Translations under genes and position numbers: made by a program
Notes under the pieces: generated by a model
The model's input: only the letters and a program-made list of their open reading frames with translations
The model's database searches: none
Told to the model about the DNA's origin: nothing
DNA from: Schizochytrium sp. TIO01
Lineage: Eukaryota; Protista; Bigyra: Labyrinthulomycetes
Reading direction: 5' to 3'
Length of the DNA: 64,000 bases
NCBI GenBank assembly: GCA_004764695.1
Contig: SMSO01000035.1
Location: 2,046,001 to 2,110,000, forward strand
Part shown: positions 60,087 to 64,000 of the stretch, piece by piece
Layout: every line of letters starts with the position of its first letter
How positions within the stretch are numbered: position 1 is the stretch's first letter

Positions 60087-62600
60087 CTAAGCTAGCATAA
60101 GACCACGCCCGTCAGGTTGGCGAAGTCTAAGAGGGACATCTTTAGCTTTATAGGCTTGAGGGAAAGCTGGTTGGACTTCGTCTTGTTGCGTTTTATATTT
60201 CTGGATTGCTGGAATATGGTCAAGATCGCCTTGATCTTTAGAACGTAAGAAACGACGATAAAGGGCTCGAAAATGAAGAAGTGATCCCAAGGATAGTGCA
60301 GCGAGCGCCAGAATATTCACAAAAATTTGCAGGTAATCAACAAGAACAACAACGACCTTGTTGGTAACTCCGAGTATTGCAGCAGAGTCGAGCACAGGAA
60401 GCGCATATAACAATGGAACAATGCTATTTACTACAGACATTGACGTGACAAGTATAGCGAACTGCTGAGCTAATGATTTGCGGAAAGGTTTTACTCGCGC
60501 AAAGATAATCAAATTTAAGAATGCGCAGCCTAGAGCAAAGCCTGGACAAACTACCTCGTGATAGAGATGCGAGGTACCGAGAATGACCGCTTGGGAAATG
60601 GTTTGCAAAGTCAACCACAGTTCGACCCATCCAGCACCAAAACGATAGTCTTCAACCATAGGACGGCCATTATGGGCGCGTCTCCACTCTGGCTCCCGAG
60701 ATAACGATGGTCTTAAAGTTTTGGCCTGTGTAAAAGAATGCAATTTGCGAAGGTAGTCTCTCGCAGTGGCAGCATACCACCATGTCCACAACCCGAGACC
60801 AATAAGAGAACAAATTACAAGAGCTAACAAGCCACGTCGTCCTTGACGACAACTCGGCCACGCTGAGCCGAGGAGAAGTGTCAGAGAGAATGCAGTAAAG
60901 GTGATTAATGGGTATACCCATATATGCTGCAGCCGGATCATCTTCTTTAGAAAACACTTCCGGAACCCTTGAGGACGATTTGAAAAGGATTCCTCCAGAA
61001 TTACTAGGGCAAAGATTAAACCTAAAGACAATGCCCATATATTACCTAGAATGTATTGCGGCTGAATTTGTATAGCTTGTGCAAATCTGTGAATTGGCGT
61101 CTCATCAGGCTGCCAATCATCAGAGCAAAGAAGGCCATTTTGCTGCATCGGGAAAAATACGCCAATGAACAGAGACCACGCCAGGGACCAGAAGAAATGA
61201 AAAAACTCAATGGGAGCATGCGAAAGGGGCATGAGACCAAATGATGCACTCTGCTGAATAAATTTTAGTAACATAGCAGCAGCCCAGCCGTTTGTAGACA
61301 ACAAAGTAAAGAACAGAGCAAATAAACATAGAGCAGTTGCTACGATAATGTCTGGAGGGAAACGGAAGCTTGTTTGCGAATAGTTGCTTGTAGTCACATT
61401 TGAAAGTAAACTTGTGACAAAAGAGCTGAGGTCCCATATCAGAGCTTCTGAGGAGCCTCGGACGAGAAATTGAAACGATGTTTCACTAAACATTATATCC
61501 CTTGCACCAAATGACGATGGCAGTTCCAACGAAAGGATCAACTGAAGAGACCCTGAGGATACATTTCTATAGAATATATTGCAATTACCGGTAGAATTGC
61601 CTCCTGCTTCATCTGAAGGAAGTAGCGTCACGATGAAGTTGCCAAAGACTCGAGCTGTATACTCTTTAATAACGGACTCGATTCCTATAACAATATTAGT
61701 AACTTGTATACTGTCTACAGGAGCAATTACCCAAGATGAGCTTTCCCCTATACACTCAGAAAATTCTACCAAATATACATCAGTACTTGTGTCATTTGAC
61801 AAGGCCGCATTAATGCTAGTAAAATACGTTGTGGAGCCACTGAAGCAATTGTTTACGTTCGAAATGTTCCCCTGAATAGCTGATGCACTCAAGGCGTCCG
61901 TAACAGTTGTCATATTTCCTAAGGTTTCCCAATAAATGCGACTTTGCAAAAATTCAGATGCACTTTCAAGAGCAAAATGAGCCGCTTTTACCATCAGCTG
62001 CTGATTGAATGCGAAGATGTCCTGAACTTCACTATCATCATAGAATAGGCTGACCATTGCATATCCTTTTGAAGCTTGTATAGCTACATTTTCAATGCTT
62101 TTATTTACCATTGATGTGTGCTTGATAATACTGTCCCCACAACCCTCATCTGAGCAAACACTAAGACCGTCAGGCACGACGATACCTACAAGCTCCATCA
62201 CGTCTTCGATACTGCGATTAGCCACTAATGCTGCCACGTAAATTGTTGAAAGGTCCTCTCGATCCATAGTTGCCCCAAGTAAAGTTATATTGTGTTCGAG
62301 AGTATCCAGCCCTAGTGCTGACTTTGAAATATTCTGTATTGGCTCCCAAATGTTTGCATTCCACTGCAAAACTTGGACAGCCTGCTCTTCGGATATGTAC
62401 ACAAGTAGGTCGTCTGTCAATGTTACGAACGCAACACCAATATCTTGAGGATACGTTTCCAAGTATGAGGGATCTCCAATTGTCTCAAGGTCTTGGGCCA
62501 GACATTTGATTGGCGCGCTTTGAAGGAAGATCAAACCAACGAGCACTGCAAACCACCTCCGGTACCCAGGTAATCGAAGAACACGTTCCGAGGACACCAT
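60087..62600 (-). CDS. Polytopic membrane protein: signal peptide, beta-rich ectodomain and TRP/flavin-carrier-like TM region
   Basis: Signal peptide ending CLAQD; many N-glycosylation sequons; roughly 8-9 hydrophobic segments with EDYR..W and VKPF motifs like the fungal/oomycete TRP-like (FLC/Pkd2) family. Confidence 0.65.
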   Translation of the reverse strand: MVSSERVLRLPGYRRWFAVLVGLIFLQSAPIKCLAQDLETIGDPSYLETYPQDIGVAFVTLTDDLLVYISEEQAVQVLQWNANIWEPIQNISKSALGLDTLEHNITLLGATMDREDLSTIYVAALVANRSIEDVMELVGIVVPDGLSVCSDEGCGDSIIKHTSMVNKSIENVAIQASKGYAMVSLFYDDSEVQDIFAFNQQLMVKAAHFALESASEFLQSRIYWETLGNMTTVTDALSASAIQGNISNVNNCFSGSTTYFTSINAALSNDTSTDVYLVEFSECIGESSSWVIAPVDSIQVTNIVIGIESVIKEYTARVFGNFIVTLLPSDEAGGNSTGNCNIFYRNVSSGSLQLILSLELPSSFGARDIMFSETSFQFLVRGSSEALIWDLSSFVTSLLSNVTTSNYSQTSFRFPPDIIVATALCLFALFFTLLSTNGWAAAMLLKFIQQSASFGLMPLSHAPIEFFHFFWSLAWSLFIGVFFPMQQNGLLCSDDWQPDETPIHRFAQAIQIQPQYILGNIWALSLGLIFALVILEESFSNRPQGFRKCFLKKMIRLQHIWVYPLITFTAFSLTLLLGSAWPSCRQGRRGLLALVICSLIGLGLWTWWYAATARDYLRKLHSFTQAKTLRPSLSREPEWRRAHNGRPMVEDYRFGAGWVELWLTLQTISQAVILGTSHLYHEVVCPGFALGCAFLNLIIFARVKPFRKSLAQQFAILVTSMSVVNSIVPLLYALPVLDSAAILGVTNKVVVVLVDYLQIFVNILALAALSLGSLLHFRALYRRFLRSKDQGDLDHIPAIQKYKTQQDEVQPAFPQAYKAKDVPLRLRQPDGRGLMLA

Positions 62601-63296
62601 CTTTGTACATTTATGCACGTGCTTTCGTTACGACAGAGTACTTCTCGGGAAGTCAAAAACGCGGCTCACTTTATAAGTTTGCCCTGCTTGTGAGCAATTC
62701 CCTCTACTAAACCGCAAGAAGATCTCCGCCCTCGTTCTTCAATTGATTGAGTGCTTGGCTTGGTCTTGCCTTTGGACAACTCCTTTAATTTTTAATTTTT
62801 CAGAAAGGACTTTTTTTTTTTTTTTTTTAACAACTTGAAAACAAAGAGGAAATCAACAAAAATCTCGTAAAATGGAACGAAGAGAAAGAGGATGCTTAGC
62901 TTGGGTCAAAGCACTAAAACTCGGGCAGTTTCCAAGGGTGACCATACAAAGATTTAGTTACCAATGCTCATACAACCTGTTAGCGTTGTACCTGGTGCAA
63001 GTTAGTGAAAGAATAAGATATTTCTAGACCCCGTATTCTATTTTTTTGTTATGCGAGAGGGAGGAATTCAATAATCTAGAGCATGGTCATCGAAGAATGA
63101 ATCTCCTATTTTCAAAACTTTACTATTGCAGAGGTTAATCGTCCAAAGGGACAAACCTCAACAAGCACTTTGAATCTCTAATATGCTTAGAGGTTACTTG
63201 TTCAGTCGGGGCATTACTCCAATGAGTTGCAACTTGTTAGAAGACTATTTATATTTCAACATGATAAATTTATTTATTTTCACAAATGCGTGGTCC

Positions 63297-64000
63297 TTAT
63301 GATTCGCCTAGACGCAGTGTATTAATTATGAAAGGATTGTGCACGGCAATCTGAGTCTTGTTCGTTATAATTTCCCGAACAGCAGTATATCTCTCTTCAA
63401 CTACATCCACGTCGTGCGCCTCCTCCAAAAACTCGGTAATATTTTCATAAACCAGATACCGACGCTTTGCTACAATAATGTACCCAAGGAGAATCAAAAT
63501 CAGAGCTTCGATATTCACTATAAGTGGTAGTTCATCATACCACCAATCGGGCAGCAAGCGTTTATCATATCCTAATGAGTAGAGCAATGGCATGATCCCG
63601 TTGATGACACTGAGCAGAGCAATAAGTGTACCTAAGACATGGAAAGTATAGTCAGCGACTGGCTCAACCCAAATCATCATGAAGAGAATAATCACAGACG
63701 ATATCAAGAAAAGTAAAGGAGAAGCTACTGCTGGTGAAAAGACTGAGCCTAAGACTACGCCCCTTATAAAAACATCGCAAAGCTCGTAAACCCTTGTCCA
63801 TTCTGTGCCTGGTCTAAGGTCTGAGACGATATAGAAGGCAACGTGTTGGTCCTTCCAATGAACTAACTGCAATCGTTGTATTGTACCTGCAGGGGCCTCA
63901 CGTACGACCTCACAACGGCGGATATATGACCGAATTAGGCTCATCACCCAAAAGATATAAATCGCTATGAAACCGAGAGTAAATGCCCCCAAGAAGATCA
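63297..64000 (-). CDS. C-terminal part of a paralogous TRP-like polytopic membrane protein (5' end beyond the window)
   Basis: The frame is open to the window edge. SDLRPGTEW...GVVLG, VEPV...SVINGIMPLLYSL and VNIEAL align with EDYRFGAGW...AVILG, VKPF...SVVNSIVPLLYAL and VNILAL of the neighbouring gene. Confidence 0.7.
   Translation of the reverse strand, partial: IFLGAFTLGFIAIYIFWVMSLIRSYIRRCEVVREAPAGTIQRLQLVHWKDQHVAFYIVSDLRPGTEWTRVYELCDVFIRGVVLGSVFSPAVASPLLFLISSVIILFMMIWVEPVADYTFHVLGTLIALLSVINGIMPLLYSLGYDKRLLPDWWYDELPLIVNIEALILILLGYIIVAKRRYLVYENITEFLEEAHDVDVVEERYTAVREIITNKTQIAVHNPFIINTLRLGES

Noticed and set aside
1-64000. tRNA, rRNA, snRNA, telomeric repeats, intact transposase/integrase or viral hallmark genes
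   Set aside because: None recognised by eye; tRNAscan-SE/Infernal would be needed to exclude small RNAs formally.

Overview
Eukaryotic nuclear DNA, not prokaryotic. It has GT-AG introns with a CTAAC branch point, an LSD1-type histone demethylase, cyclin Y, a phosducin-like gene, ER/Golgi proteins and many microsatellites. The mostly intron-poor genes and the gene set suggest a heterotrophic stramenopile such as a thraustochytrid; this is inference only. I can support about 18 protein-coding genes in compact blocks (0-14.6, 27.9-33, 44-54.4 and 58-64 kb). Between them lie gene-poor tracts (14.6-27.8, 33.1-44 and 54.4-58 kb) with simple repeats, small tandem duplications, a decayed foldback and eroded coding remnants. 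I rebuilt three spliced genes that the ORF track splits or mis-starts: phosducin-like, vacuolar-sorting-receptor-like and cyclin Y. The most notable observations are: (1) an otherwise intact CYP710/CYP61-type sterol C-22 desaturase P450 that has lost all three residues of the E-R-R triad; (2) an ER-retained prolyl-hydroxylase-like 2OG oxygenase fused to a VHL-beta-like domain; (3) an ankyrin protein carrying a phage-like domain; (4) a divergent SSNA1/DIP13 paralog. I found no CRISPR array, tRNA, rRNA or intact mobile element. All family assignments come from motif recognition by eye; no searches were run.
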